DNA of 58,900 bases from an uncultured Erysipelotrichaceae bacterium. GTDB taxonomy: Bacteria > Bacillota_I > Bacilli_A > RF39 > UBA660. The DNA is taken from assembly GCA_902780585.1 (NCBI GenBank), contig CACZGA010000003.1, forward strand, positions 1-58,900, in the 5' to 3' direction. The notes below the pieces were generated by a model. That model saw nothing but the letters and a program-made list of their open reading frames with translations, was not told where the DNA came from and searched no databases. The stretch's first letter is position 1, and each line of letters starts with the position of its first letter. Positions 1 to 10,878 of the stretch are shown one piece after another. Both the position numbers and the translations under genes were made by a program.

Positions 1-99
1 CGTTGGTCTATTTCCGTTATCCATTTTGTATCTTGTTTATCCATCTTTTCATCTCCTTATCTATTGGGTTAATTGTTTCAAAGCCGTAACATCTAAAAT
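1..99. repeat. 99-bp exact direct repeat of 58201-58299 (contig circularisation overlap)
   Basis: cgttggtcta...atctaaaat is identical at 1-99 and 58201-58299; the copies diverge at base 100 / 58300. Confidence 0.9.
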
Positions 100-2169
100 A
101 AAAGGCTTGTCGTTGTTTTCTTGGCTTATGTTTGTTTGAGTTGTATAACTCTTTGCACCATTTAAGGCTTCTAATTGGCTTATTAATGTACTATCTGTTA
201 TTTCAGTTGTTGTTGGAGTCGATAGAACATAATACACTATTGTGGTATGTGTAGATAACCAAGTTTTGAAATCTGCCACTGAACTAGAAATATCAGTTAA
301 TATATCTAGTGAATAATTGCTATCTTCTCTTAAATATGCACTATTTAATACTCTTTGAGAACTACTCGAAACACCTTTGAAATAATTTGAATATATAGGG
401 TTATTTGCTATATATACATTTCCTATTGCATATCTAAATATATTTCCTGTTGTTATAGAGTGTATTGAGTAACTCTCACTACCATTTAATACAACCTTAC
501 CTATTTTTTTATTTACATACCATATTTTTCCATAAGGTTCGTATGGTAGGGCAGTTGAACCTTCGTTTAGCATAGGTCTTACTGTAATGTTATTGACTTG
601 TGTGTCGTATGGAATATTCACTCTTACTAAAATTGTTTTTTCTGCATTTATTGTAAAACTTGTATAACTACTGCCTGCACTTACTTCTGCCAATTTTGTC
701 GAATTAGAAGTGTCATAAACTTGAATATTGTAATTACTTCCACCACCACTTACAGTATAAGTTCCTGCATGTATTGTTTTTACTATTCCATTTGTTAAAG
801 CATTTGCTATTGTAATTGCAGAAGGACTTTGACCACTGTCAGGAGTACCATTTGCAGTTGTTGTACCGTCTTTGTATATTTTAAAAGTAATTCCATTTAC
901 AGTTGCACTATACTCATTTGAAAAACCACCCCATAAATTCTTTCCTGTACTCTTTTTAATACTATCTTGGTAATCTCCTATTTTACATAGTTCTATATCT
1001 CCTAAACTAATAGGATAACTTTGGCTTTGGTATGGTTCATAAGTTGTTGCTTGGGTATTTTTTTCTAGTTGAATAGTTGTAGGTGTTGCAAAATATCGCC
1101 CTATATAAGCATAACTTGTATTAGCTGGCGCAGTTCTTGTTTGTGTTAATGTGGTGTTATTTGAAACTGCATATCTTCCTAAATTATTACCATTTCCATC
1201 GAAAAATTGTATTAAAATTGCCCCATTACCACTAGCACTATCAAAAGTTGCACTTAAAGTAAATGTATCTCCTTGTTTGCAATCATATTTATGTAAGTTA
1301 GCCCCACTTAAATTTATTATTTCTTGTGTATTGTAGTTACTCCATAAATTAGTTACAACACTATCATCAAACAAATTCTTCCCTACTACATTTATTTCAT
1401 TATCCCCACTTACAACGTGCATGTCTTGTGGTGCGTCTGGTGTTGGCGTTCCTTCTTGACTTGTATTTCCCTTTAAATTTATTTTCATTGGTGCTTCTTC
1501 TGTGTTATTTAGGGTTAGGGTTTCTCCTTCTCCTGTTACTTTCTCCCAATTATTCCATATTTTGTCTATACCATTGTTCATTATTTCAAGATAACTATTT
1601 CTTATTACTTTTGGTATATTTTCTATGTTCTTATATGTTGGGTTATCAGTATATGGTTGATATTCAGTTGCAGTTGTTCCTTTTTCTACTTGTATATTAG
1701 ATATTACTACTCCTGTTGATGCACTTAAATATCCTGCAAAACCTACTTTTTCGGCATTATTAACTACAACATAATTTTCCGCCTTTATATGAGTAGTTGT
1801 ATTTGCAGGTATTTGTACTCCTATGCTTTTTGCTAAATTAGACCCAGTTCCATTTTGCTTAGTACATAAAAACCAATTGTTTATTGTTACTGCACTTGTT
1901 GTTGTAATATCAAAACTTACAGAGTATGTTCCTGCTAATAGTGAAAAAGTGTCATAGGGTACACTTGCATTATCTACATTTATTGTAACACTTGAGCCAT
2001 TTGAGTTTCTTGTAAATGAGCCGTCATAATTATTTGTATAATATGCTGATGTTGTTATTTTGTTATAATCAAACAAGTTTTTACCATTATTTATATCTAC
2101 ATTTGTTATTGTGTCATATACTTCGTCAACATTTTCATACATTGAACTTATTGTATCTGCTATTGCCAT
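61..2169 (-). CDS. Tail fibre / receptor-binding protein with repeated carbohydrate-binding-like modules
   Basis: 702 aa, S/T/N-rich; three GKNL...(Q/E)xEKG/EG..A..Y(E/Q)PY modules; last gene of the tail module. Confidence 0.75.
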   Translation of the reverse strand: MAIADTISSMYENVDEVYDTITNVDINNGKNLFDYNKITTSAYYTNNYDGSFTRNSNGSSVTINVDNASVPYDTFSLLAGTYSVSFDITTTSAVTINNWFLCTKQNGTGSNLAKSIGVQIPANTTTHIKAENYVVVNNAEKVGFAGYLSASTGVVISNIQVEKGTTATEYQPYTDNPTYKNIENIPKVIRNSYLEIMNNGIDKIWNNWEKVTGEGETLTLNNTEEAPMKINLKGNTSQEGTPTPDAPQDMHVVSGDNEINVVGKNLFDDSVVTNLWSNYNTQEIINLSGANLHKYDCKQGDTFTLSATFDSASGNGAILIQFFDGNGNNLGRYAVSNNTTLTQTRTAPANTSYAYIGRYFATPTTIQLEKNTQATTYEPYQSQSYPISLGDIELCKIGDYQDSIKKSTGKNLWGGFSNEYSATVNGITFKIYKDGTTTANGTPDSGQSPSAITIANALTNGIVKTIHAGTYTVSGGGSNYNIQVYDTSNSTKLAEVSAGSSYTSFTINAEKTILVRVNIPYDTQVNNITVRPMLNEGSTALPYEPYGKIWYVNKKIGKVVLNGSESYSIHSITTGNIFRYAIGNVYIANNPIYSNYFKGVSSSSQRVLNSAYLREDSNYSLDILTDISSSVADFKTWLSTHTTIVYYVLSTPTTTEITDSTLISQLEALNGAKSYTTQTNISQENNDKPFILDVTALKQLTQ

Positions 2170-2172
2170 ATA

Positions 2173-2934
2173 TTACACCCCATTTCCATTGTTAAGGTTA
2201 TCTAATAGGGTTTGTATATCTCCTATTCGTGCAGTTAGTACATTTTCTAGTGTTCCTTTACTTATAAATGAATTATCACTTGCAGTTGAATAAGTAGAAT
2301 AGTTATAAATATTTGACATAAGATTTCCGTTGGTGTTTTTTGTAATTGCATAAGCGTCAATTTTTACTACTCCACCTGTGCTTGAACTAGCATAATCAGT
2401 ATTTGATACAAGACCTTTTCCTGTGATTACATTCTCTAGTGTGCCTTTTGATATAAAAGCAGTATCTAGTATATTACCATAAGAACTATAAGCAACAACT
2501 CTACTGGTTAATTCTCCACCACTATTTACTACTAATTGTTGTCCTATTGATGCCTTTATAACTCCACCTTTACTAGAAGTAGCATAGTCAGTATTCTTTA
2601 CATAATCAGTTAAGTCTACTTGCACTCCAATCTTTCCAAGCAATTCCCATTGGTTATCGATATACACATATTCGGCATAGTTGTTACCTTCTTCGGTTGG
2701 GTTTTCTAATGGTAATAAGTATATTGCACTTTCGTCTATATCGTGAGTAGGTAGGGTTTGCACTATAATCATGTGTATTGCCCCTGCCTCTCCTTTTGGT
2801 ATTGTAAAATTAAGAATTGGGTTTAAATCAGTTCCTACATTTATTACACTTGCTTGACTACTTGGTGAACCTGTTGTAGTTGTTCCTACTTGTATGCTAG
2901 GTACTATTTGTCCTAAATCTACTTGCCTTGACAT
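2173..2934 (-). CDS. Tail/baseplate-associated protein (probable C-terminal part of a gene split by the GIY-YIG endonuclease)
   Basis: 253 aa; VGTTTTG...LNFTIPKG and YAEYVYIDNQWELLG motifs typical of phage tail proteins; repeated TDYA...GGV. Confidence 0.6.
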   Translation of the reverse strand: MSRQVDLGQIVPSIQVGTTTTGSPSSQASVINVGTDLNPILNFTIPKGEAGAIHMIIVQTLPTHDIDESAIYLLPLENPTEEGNNYAEYVYIDNQWELLGKIGVQVDLTDYVKNTDYATSSKGGVIKASIGQQLVVNSGGELTSRVVAYSSYGNILDTAFISKGTLENVITGKGLVSNTDYASSSTGGVVKIDAYAITKNTNGNLMSNIYNYSTYSTASDNSFISKGTLENVLTARIGDIQTLLDNLNNGNGV

Positions 2935-3501
2935 TTAATCAACCTCCTTCGCATATTTCCAATGATAACCACCACATTTATTTCTTTTTCCTTTTAAGCA
3001 ACTCCATATATGATGACTTATATTCAATTCTCTTTCAGCATCTGTAATACTATCAAAAGTTCTATCTAATTCAACACAATAAACAGGTGTAATAATTTTA
3101 TAATGTGCTTTACTTCTTACACCTTTTTTAAATTCAGTTGATGGAGAATTGTGTTGTCCTTTATGTGATATGCTTAATTTTTTTCTAGTTTCTTCACTTA
3201 TAGTACCATTACTACCACCTAAACCACCTTCTTGAACATTATATCCATTGCTAATTGTATCTAATTTAGTAATGTATTCTTTTTCAAGTTTTATTGCGCC
3301 TTCTTGTGTAAGATTTTCAAACAACACTTCTTTTTTAAAATTATCCCAACCATATTTAACAATTGCGCTACCTATCCTGGTTGGTTTTTTATACCCTTTT
3401 CCATTTTTCCATCTCTTATTTACATCTTGTTTTGTAATTCCTATATATTGCTTACCATTAATTAAATTTGTAAAGCAATACAACTTATAATTATCTATCA
3501 T
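2935..3501 (-). CDS. GIY-YIG homing endonuclease with NUMOD-type C-terminal domains
   Basis: LYCFTNLINGKQYIGIT, GYNVQEGG, ISEETRKKLS, CGGYHWKY. Confidence 0.85.
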   Translation of the reverse strand: MIDNYKLYCFTNLINGKQYIGITKQDVNKRWKNGKGYKKPTRIGSAIVKYGWDNFKKEVLFENLTQEGAIKLEKEYITKLDTISNGYNVQEGGLGGSNGTISEETRKKLSISHKGQHNSPSTEFKKGVRSKAHYKIITPVYCVELDRTFDSITDAERELNISHHIWSCLKGKRNKCGGYHWKYAKEVD

Positions 3502-4147
3502 AGGTTACCACCAAATGCTTATCTACTATTTCCATTTTTTCTATTGAAATACCATCTTCCAATGTTACATCTTTTGTTGTCCCATCTTGCCTAGTAATTG
3601 TGATAGATGTTATTTTACCTGTTTTCTCAGCATTTATATCTAATCTTTCAGCATTTTCAATAGCTTCGTCAATCTCTTCTATCTTTCCGTCAACCGTGTC
3701 AACTAGTTCATCTAGCTTATCATTAACTTCGTTCAAACCCTCTTGTAATGCTTGGGAATATAAATCATATTGTGTTGGTGTGATTATTTCTGGACTTAAT
3801 GCACCTTCTTCGTATGATCCTGTAGGTACTGTAAATTCAGCATAAGATGGACTGAATCTATTCGCTAAATCATCGTTTTCGTCAATGTTAAAGCCATAAA
3901 CACCCAACTTTACTATTTCATATTCATGCTTTAGCACTTCTGCCGGAATATCGCATTTGTTATTTATAATGTCTGTTTCATACATTTCGTCAGTTGATAA
4001 TATAGTGAATATCGCTCTTTTTACTTGAAAAGAATTTGTAAAGTCGTCGAAATTAAAACGACATTCTGTTATTTTATATTCGTTTTCATGTGGCGTATCC
4101 GAATTTTCTAATATTATTACCGAATCTTTTGTAACCTCTATATTCAC
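3491..4147 (-). CDS. Baseplate upper protein (BppU N-terminal-like)
   Basis: 218 aa; CDIPAEVL...LGVYG motif followed by a coiled coil; tail module context. Confidence 0.55.
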   Translation of the reverse strand: MNIEVTKDSVIILENSDTPHENEYKITECRFNFDDFTNSFQVKRAIFTILSTDEMYETDIINNKCDIPAEVLKHEYEIVKLGVYGFNIDENDDLANRFSPSYAEFTVPTGSYEEGALSPEIITPTQYDLYSQALQEGLNEVNDKLDELVDTVDGKIEEIDEAIENAERLDINAEKTGKITSITITRQDGTTKDVTLEDGISIEKMEIVDKHLVVTYDR

Positions 4148-4168
4148 TCAATCACCTCTTTCTATATT

Positions 4169-4765
4169 TTAATCAGTAGTTTTTGTGTATTCTACTATTA
4201 ACTTAATTTCATTAGTAGAACTTCTTAGGTTACCTATATTAAAATAAAAAGTTGTACTTTTGAAATCTCCAATACCAATACCATATCCTGATATATTATC
4301 GCTCGTTACCGCAGGAATTGTATTATAGCCCCATATCGAATTATAATAATAACCACTATAGTTAATTAACTTATCAAAATTGCTTATTCCATGATTCCTT
4401 TGTACAACTCCTGTTGGCACGTTTGTAAATTCTAAGACCTTCCTATAAATAGGTTTCCCATCTATCCATTTTCCTACTATACTTTCTGTTGTCGAATAAA
4501 CATCTAATACTTTATCATCAACATATTCTTTAATGACTTTATTCTCAACTGTATTTCTACTACTATCGCTCATTTCCATATCAGGCGTACCACTTGTCGG
4601 GATTCTATCCGTTCCATAATCTACATATGTTTTTCCATCACCCGTTACAATAAAAGCACCATCTTCTATATCAATCGAATTAATATTAGCTGAATCTTCT
4701 ATTCTTTTAAAATTAACACTAGCCATTAATATTCCTCCCATTCGGTATAATTTTGCTTGTTCCAA
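4169..4765 (-). CDS. Tail-associated structural protein
   Basis: YSTTESIVGKWIDGKPIYRKV...VEYTKTTD domain common in phage tail proteins; the start is probably at MASVNF. Confidence 0.6.
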   Translation of the reverse strand: MEQAKLYRMGGILMASVNFKRIEDSANINSIDIEDGAFIVTGDGKTYVDYGTDRIPTSGTPDMEMSDSSRNTVENKVIKEYVDDKVLDVYSTTESIVGKWIDGKPIYRKVLEFTNVPTGVVQRNHGISNFDKLINYSGYYYNSIWGYNTIPAVTSDNISGYGIGIGDFKSTTFYFNIGNLRSSTNEIKLIVEYTKTTD

Positions 4766-5526
4766 TCTATTTCAGAAATAACACTATTCCATATCGTCAT
4801 TATATCTAGATCGTCAAAGTTTATTAAGTTCAAGTCAGTTAACCATCTATTTAAGTCGCTATATGAAATATTTCTAACATTGACGTTATAATTGTAATTG
4901 TTTAAACTTGATGTTGGCAACCAGTCTTTTGTGGTTATCCAACCTCTTGGCTTATAATAGTAATAACCAATGTTCTTTATACCATGCTCAATATTTTCTA
5001 TTTTTTGCATTGATAATATCTCGTTATCTACCCAAACATGTTTTTCATAATTAGGTATAATATATTCATTGTCGTAAATTTTTATATATTGATAAAACAT
5101 ATCCGAACTATCTATACTCGTTACAATGCCAAAATCATTTGGTAATTTAAATTTAGTGTAATTTAAATAAGGATCATTGTCAGAATCAGATTTGGCGTAA
5201 AGATATATGGACCGATTGTTATATCTTAAATAAATAAATCTTCTATTGTTACTTGTATTGTATATATATGCTATTCTTATATCATCATTGATTGTTATTA
5301 TTTCAATTCTATTTGTATTCGTTATATTTTCATAAGAATCTCTGGGAAAAGACATATATAACGTTTTACCACTAAGATTATCACCAACTTGGATGTTTCG
5401 TAAAGGAGATTGTGCATCATCAAATACTTTTTCTTGTATTTGATTTGTTACATAATCTATTTGATTTTCGAAATCATTTAAGTAACTTGTTATTAAGTAC
5501 ATATTACTATCATAATTATTATTCAT
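4726..5526 (-). CDS. Hypothetical tail-module protein
   Basis: 266-aa ORF with AAAGGAG RBS and an upstream sigma-A-like promoter. Confidence 0.5.
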   Translation of the reverse strand: MNNNYDSNMYLITSYLNDFENQIDYVTNQIQEKVFDDAQSPLRNIQVGDNLSGKTLYMSFPRDSYENITNTNRIEIITINDDIRIAYIYNTSNNRRFIYLRYNNRSIYLYAKSDSDNDPYLNYTKFKLPNDFGIVTSIDSSDMFYQYIKIYDNEYIIPNYEKHVWVDNEILSMQKIENIEHGIKNIGYYYYKPRGWITTKDWLPTSSLNNYNYNVNVRNISYSDLNRWLTDLNLINFDDLDIMTIWNSVISEIDWNKQNYTEWEEY

Positions 5527-5576
5527 ATTATTTTATCTCCTTTACTATTATACCATATTTGTGTGTTTTTTTCAAA

Positions 5577-7409
5577 TTAGTTACCTCTTGCCTCTATATT
5601 GCATTGTAGACCACCATCGAACGTAAAGTCTTGTCTAGTAATTATTACATTTTTATAACCATCACTATTATCAACATAACGTGTTTGTACAGCTATTGTA
5701 TCACCAACTTCTAAACTAGGGTCGCCTATAGTTTCCATAGTTATTTTATATTTACTATCCTCGGTCAAGTAATATTCAATACTTGAATCTATTGAACTAT
5801 CTCTTGCGTCAAAATATTTCGAAAAGTCTAACGATAAGATATCACCTAATGCTAAATCATTACTTCTACTATGTACCTTAGTTGGTGGATCATCGTATAT
5901 GTAGCCACTATAATTTATAGACACCGTATCTCCAACATGTCCACTAAATTTAACGTATATCATGTAATAATTTTTATCTATTAATGTTGCTGTAGCACCA
6001 CCCGTACTAGTATAATTAAATGTACTACTATTGTAGTTGGTGTGTTTATTTAGATGATACCAGACATATTCTTCTTCGGCTTTTAATACATATGTATCTT
6101 CGACAACAGCTTCTATTGTACTAGAGCTTCTATTGAAAGAACTTATATCGGTTACTTCTACTGTTTTTATAACGGATTTAGTTTCATATTTAACATCAGA
6201 CCTAAGTTCGTTTCTTGATATATAATCTACTATCTCATCGCTCAAATTATCTTCCGTTGCCACATTATACCGTGTAATACGAAACTTTCTTTTATTATAT
6301 GACGCACTATTTGGATCATACCACATTATTTGAAAAGGCATTTGTGCTTGAATCCAGTTCAACAAGTTTGTGTCTTGTAGATAATTATTGTTATATGTTC
6401 CGCTGACAAACTGAAAAGAATAACCAGTCATGGTCCTAAAATAATTAGCAATCTGTGTTCCAGTAAAGGTACTCCTTAAAAATGTTCCGTCACTACTAAT
6501 GGTTGTGTTCTTTAACAAACCCATCAAACTCTGTCCGTTTATACTAACGTTTCCGTCAACATCACTAGACCAATCACTAATATAAAAAACCCCCATAGGT
6601 ACATACTCTATACCGTTTGTCTCTGTTAATATTCCAATATAAGGTTTCATTGTGGCGTCTGATGTCAAATATCGTACTATACTTGTTGGATTTATTGGGT
6701 CAAATCTATTACCACCATTCTGACTTGGATAATTGTTTAATTTTACTGAACACGTATTTATTGGTAATTCTTCTACCAATAAATCTATTTCTTCTGACAC
6801 ATCAAAACTAACTAGTTGATCGCCATCATATAAATCGCTTAAATTAAAGTCAACACTCGCTATTCTCAATCTATTGTTAGGGTATTCAACATTTATTATA
6901 CGTATTGATATTTCTGATATGTTTTCCTCACTTGGAAATGTTCGCTGGTATGTTAACAAAGAATTGTCTCTAACATAATCAGTATATATTATTTCACCAT
7001 CATAAACGTAGTCAACATCAAAATCAAATGGTAAATTATCTTTGAAGTAAATGGTTATACCTTTTACGGGCTTATCGTCAGAATCGTTAACGATTGTTAT
7101 TTCCGTATCACTTATATCATTAAAAACATCTTCTGTAATTATACCAGCATCAATTTTGATATTTTCATTCCACACCATAAACGAACCATCTAATAAAGTA
7201 TAATTTGATTCCAATGTAGCATATTTAGGCATTATTTTCTTGTTTGCAAATAATCCAGAACCATCATCTACAACCATCTCTGACAATTGCGGTAGTTTTG
7301 TTGCAACCAAAGAATATTCTTCATGTTGATACTCGACATCCACATATCCATAAATGTTCCTGTTTGGTTCCTTTATTGCTTTTTTAAAACTTTCACTAAC
7401 ACTTATCAT
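5577..7409 (-). CDS. Tail tip / baseplate hub protein
   Basis: 610 aa; EYVPMGVFYI and GDPSLEVGDTI motifs; follows the distal tail gene. Confidence 0.7.
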   Translation of the reverse strand: MISVSESFKKAIKEPNRNIYGYVDVEYQHEEYSLVATKLPQLSEMVVDDGSGLFANKKIMPKYATLESNYTLLDGSFMVWNENIKIDAGIITEDVFNDISDTEITIVNDSDDKPVKGITIYFKDNLPFDFDVDYVYDGEIIYTDYVRDNSLLTYQRTFPSEENISEISIRIINVEYPNNRLRIASVDFNLSDLYDGDQLVSFDVSEEIDLLVEELPINTCSVKLNNYPSQNGGNRFDPINPTSIVRYLTSDATMKPYIGILTETNGIEYVPMGVFYISDWSSDVDGNVSINGQSLMGLLKNTTISSDGTFLRSTFTGTQIANYFRTMTGYSFQFVSGTYNNNYLQDTNLLNWIQAQMPFQIMWYDPNSASYNKRKFRITRYNVATEDNLSDEIVDYISRNELRSDVKYETKSVIKTVEVTDISSFNRSSSTIEAVVEDTYVLKAEEEYVWYHLNKHTNYNSSTFNYTSTGGATATLIDKNYYMIYVKFSGHVGDTVSINYSGYIYDDPPTKVHSRSNDLALGDILSLDFSKYFDARDSSIDSSIEYYLTEDSKYKITMETIGDPSLEVGDTIAVQTRYVDNSDGYKNVIITRQDFTFDGGLQCNIEARGN

Positions 7410-7792
7410 TAATATTCTATAAAATCAGCGGTAACATCGGTTCTTAATGTCAATTCGTAAGTCTGTGGGCTAACAAATCTAGTTCTACCATCAACTGGAC
7501 CGACATAACACTTAATTTCCTTTCTTTGTGAATAATTATCCGTATAGCGTAGATAAATATAATCATGATCATATAACCATTGTAATAATGCCATTTCATC
7601 CTTGTTCAATCTGTTCCAACCACATGTTATTTTTGCTCGATTACGTCTTACAATATCACGATGTAAATAACCTAGACTATCTTGATATGATCGTTCTAGA
7701 TGTGTGTAGGTTGGAGAATAATTATCGGGAGAAGGAGTTGGAAGTTCTATCCAACTCTGTTTATTATCAACACTTGCTTCTAATAAAGCCAT
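7409..7792 (-). CDS. Distal tail protein-like
   Basis: 127 aa directly after the tape measure gene; LPTPS...G.LHRD.VR, ends DFIEY. Confidence 0.6.
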   Translation of the reverse strand: MALLEASVDNKQSWIELPTPSPDNYSPTYTHLERSYQDSLGYLHRDIVRRNRAKITCGWNRLNKDEMALLQWLYDHDYIYLRYTDNYSQRKEIKCYVGPVDGRTRFVSPQTYELTLRTDVTADFIEY

Positions 7793-7796
7793 ATTA

Positions 7797-10118
7797 TCAA
7801 CTCCTTACCATAACAGAAGATTTGTTTTTGTTCTTATCAATTTCTCGCATATCGTTGTATATACCTTCGGCGACTCTTTTGCCATCCATATTGACTTCTA
7901 TAGGTCTCTCTGCATAACTTAACATACTTGCGTTTAAGGATACTAACAAATCAATTATTTGTTTATTATCATTACCATTATCATACCCATTAGCGTTTGG
8001 ATTATATCGTTTCGGTGTAACCATTTCACCTTCATGTAAGTGATACAATCCCTCGCTTTCAATATAAGGTGTACCTGTTTCTAGCATTGGTATCTTTGGT
8101 ATCTTGACTGTACTCAAAGACCAATTCTTACCAGAAACCTTACCAAGCGCTACAATCAACCCTCTAAGTGGAAATAATATAATGTTTATAGCATCAATCA
8201 AAAGATTAACTATCACCGCAAAGACGGTGTATATAGCCTTTCCTAAAGTGGTAAAGAAAGCCTTTAAAGCGTTTCCAACGGTTTTCATGTTTTTGCCCAA
8301 TAATATTATTGCACCTATAACCAAGCCTATAGTCAATACAATCAGTGTTAATGGTGATGATAACAACGCACTTAATGCTAAACCAGCGTTCATAAGACCA
8401 ATTGCCAATGTTACAGCACCAATAGCTAACGCAATACCCTCTATAATACTAGCCGTACTTTCTCCGAATATACTCTCTAAAAGTGTATCGATACCTTTAA
8501 AAGCACTTCTCATGGCTTCTAACACTGCATCCGCTATTTCTGCCCATTGTATATTAACTAAGAATGTTTTAATACTTTCTCCTATACCTTCCCAATCAAC
8601 ACTTACCAAGAAAAGTTTTATTCCATTAAATATGCCAACAACACCATCGGATATTGTCGTAGCCAACATTTCCCAATCAATACTCGTAAACGCACCAGAA
8701 ACAGCTCTTCCTAATCCAGCACCAAATCTTATAAATGAAAATTTTTCAACGAAACCATACGCAAAGTTAATCGCAGTATTAATGCCATTGCCGAGCGTTG
8801 TCCCTAATTGTGTCCAATTTAATTCGAATAGCCCGTTTAAAAAGTCCGCAATATTATAACCAAGCGCTTGGAAGTTCTTTTGAATAGAGTCCCATTGTAT
8901 ATCACTCAACAAACCATTAATGGCGTCGGCGATATCTTCTCCGACTTCATGCCATTTACCTTCTTTTAAATGAGCCAATATATCGTCTAACAATTTAAAA
9001 GATTTTACACTATCATCTATCTTTATCTGACTGGCGGGAGACGAAGCACTTTCTGTTGGCAAGTTTGTAATTTCATCCATTCCCAATAATCCACGTTGTG
9101 CGTTTGCTGCTGCTTTTGAAGATTTTGCTTGTGTATCTAACGCTTTTGCGTTAGCTCTAGCAACCAAATCTATACCAGTCAAAGCGCTTACAAATTGTGC
9201 AACATAATTTGTAGCCATCGCAAACAATCTCGCAACAAATTCAATAGCTGGTGCTAATAAAGAACCTAACATATTCCAAGAATTGGTTAGAGACTCTTGT
9301 AATTCACTATCAAAAGATAAATATGAATTTACAGCCTTTGTTAACACAGACATTGCTGTTCTAACCCCAATTAGACCAAGCGCCAACTTTTTTATTTTAC
9401 GCAAGCTACTATCAATTCCATTGCTCAAACTTTTAGTGAAGTTTTCAACCCCTCTAGTTTTAAACATTCCTTTAAAATTATTAGCCCATTCTTTCGTACT
9501 TTTATCTGGTTTTTGAGAGCCTCCGCCACCAGAACCACCACTTGTACCTGTTTTGTTTTGAAGTCTTAGTATTTCTCTCAACCTTTGAATAAGTCCGTTT
9601 GCTTCGCTACTAGATTCTTTTAGACCCTTTTCTAAGTTATCAATAGCTGGTGAGCCTTCTTCACTTTTTTGTGACTCTATTGTGTTTTTTAAATATTCTT
9701 GTAGTTCGTCTATAAGTTCTTTTTCTCTGTCTAGTTTTTCTTGTGTAATAAAAATATCCGCAGTAGGGTCACCTGTCCCTAAACCTAAATCTTGTGTTGG
9801 ATTATAAAAAACTGACGACATGCCAGCTGGTCTTTGTGAAAAGGCTTTTGCTTGTCTTTCATATTCACTTGTTAAACTTTCTATTTCTTTTTTCAAATCT
9901 TCTGCTTTCATTTTAGAAGCAGAGAAATTAGAGTTGATATTATTGGTTGCGTTTGTGACGTTTTTCATACTATTAGCAACTTTATTTGTAGCATTATCGT
10001 ATTGTTGCCATGAATGTATCGCGTTTTTCAGATTGTTTGTCATTTTATCCGTAACACTTTTTAAGTATAGTGTTATGGTATCCAAATCCATATAATCACC
10101 TCTGTTTTTGATTATCAA
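7797..10118 (-). CDS. Tail tape measure protein
   Basis: About 770 aa, helical A/G/I-rich with W-spaced repeats; follows the tail chaperones. Confidence 0.85.
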   Translation of the reverse strand: MIIKNRGDYMDLDTITLYLKSVTDKMTNNLKNAIHSWQQYDNATNKVANSMKNVTNATNNINSNFSASKMKAEDLKKEIESLTSEYERQAKAFSQRPAGMSSVFYNPTQDLGLGTGDPTADIFITQEKLDREKELIDELQEYLKNTIESQKSEEGSPAIDNLEKGLKESSSEANGLIQRLREILRLQNKTGTSGGSGGGGSQKPDKSTKEWANNFKGMFKTRGVENFTKSLSNGIDSSLRKIKKLALGLIGVRTAMSVLTKAVNSYLSFDSELQESLTNSWNMLGSLLAPAIEFVARLFAMATNYVAQFVSALTGIDLVARANAKALDTQAKSSKAAANAQRGLLGMDEITNLPTESASSPASQIKIDDSVKSFKLLDDILAHLKEGKWHEVGEDIADAINGLLSDIQWDSIQKNFQALGYNIADFLNGLFELNWTQLGTTLGNGINTAINFAYGFVEKFSFIRFGAGLGRAVSGAFTSIDWEMLATTISDGVVGIFNGIKLFLVSVDWEGIGESIKTFLVNIQWAEIADAVLEAMRSAFKGIDTLLESIFGESTASIIEGIALAIGAVTLAIGLMNAGLALSALLSSPLTLIVLTIGLVIGAIILLGKNMKTVGNALKAFFTTLGKAIYTVFAVIVNLLIDAINIILFPLRGLIVALGKVSGKNWSLSTVKIPKIPMLETGTPYIESEGLYHLHEGEMVTPKRYNPNANGYDNGNDNKQIIDLLVSLNASMLSYAERPIEVNMDGKRVAEGIYNDMREIDKNKNKSSVMVRS

Positions 10119-10542
10119 AATGTTTCTTTGTGGCTTTAGCCCATTTTTCGAAGAATATACGAGCTTTCAACCTTTCATTTTGTATTTCAATATCTTTTTC
10201 TTTTTCTGTTTTCATATCTTTTATTTCTTCACTCATAGGTTTGCTACGATATTGTAGAGGTTTTGTTCCTTTTTTAGAAAAAGCATGTAATATAGGAGAT
10301 ACATCACAAAGTGCCTCGTATATATACATGCCTTGTTTCCACATAAACACATCGTCATATCGCATTTTTAACTTATATGCTTCACGATAGAATTTTACAA
10401 GATAAGCATCACCATTCCAATACTCATCAAAACTCATACCGTATGCCATATAATAAGGACATTCGTGTTCAAAAAGTTTAGTAAGGGAAGAAGACTCTAC
10501 TCTTGAGTTTCCACTTTTGGTGAAAGACTCACTACTTCCCAA
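10096..10542 (-). CDS. Tail assembly chaperone, -1 frameshift extension (GT-like)
   Basis: Overlaps the chaperone in the -1 frame; YMAYGMSFDEYW motif. Confidence 0.7.
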   Translation of the reverse strand: MGSSESFTKSGNSRVESSSLTKLFEHECPYYMAYGMSFDEYWNGDAYLVKFYREAYKLKMRYDDVFMWKQGMYIYEALCDVSPILHAFSKKGTKPLQYRSKPMSEEIKDMKTEKEKDIEIQNERLKARIFFEKWAKATKKHFDNQKQR

Positions 10543-10853
10543 CTGACGTTTCCCTCATCGTTTTTAGGTTCTTCTGATAAAGAACTATAACATTCTGTTA
10601 TCATATCAACTATTTTTTCAAGTAAAGCGTCTTTATTTTTACAGTTAGCGTAAATCTCTTCAATAAGAGATGCAGACACTTTCCTGTGATTCTTATAAAA
10701 AGCCCCTTTGAAAGCCAAATCAATCATTGTCATTGGCTGTTTTGAAAACTTCTCCAATTCAAAACCTTCACTTTCGATGATTTTAACAGTCATTCTGCTA
10801 TATTCCAAGGTATAGGTTATACCTTTATATGTTAAGTCAATCTTTGTATTCAA
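10497..10853 (-). CDS. Tail assembly chaperone (G-like)
   Basis: 118 aa between the major tail protein and the tape measure gene. Confidence 0.75.
   Translation of the reverse strand: MNTKIDLTYKGITYTLEYSRMTVKIIESEGFELEKFSKQPMTMIDLAFKGAFYKNHRKVSASLIEEIYANCKNKDALLEKIVDMITECYSSLSEEPKNDEGNVSWEVVSLSPKVETQE
10548..10554 (-). other. -1 programmed frameshift heptamer G GGA AAC
   Basis: X XXY YYZ in the chaperone frame; a -1 shift reads into ...RQLGSSESFTK of the downstream ORF. Confidence 0.75.
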
Positions 10854-10878
10854 TTTCTACACATCCTTTTCTCATATT

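Noticed and set aside
8104-8859. 251-aa plus-strand ORF
   Set aside because: Antisense shadow of the tape measure gene; no independent signals
10497-10554. Tail chaperone frameshift as a novelty
   Set aside because: A well-known conserved feature of long-tailed phages; listed only as a feature
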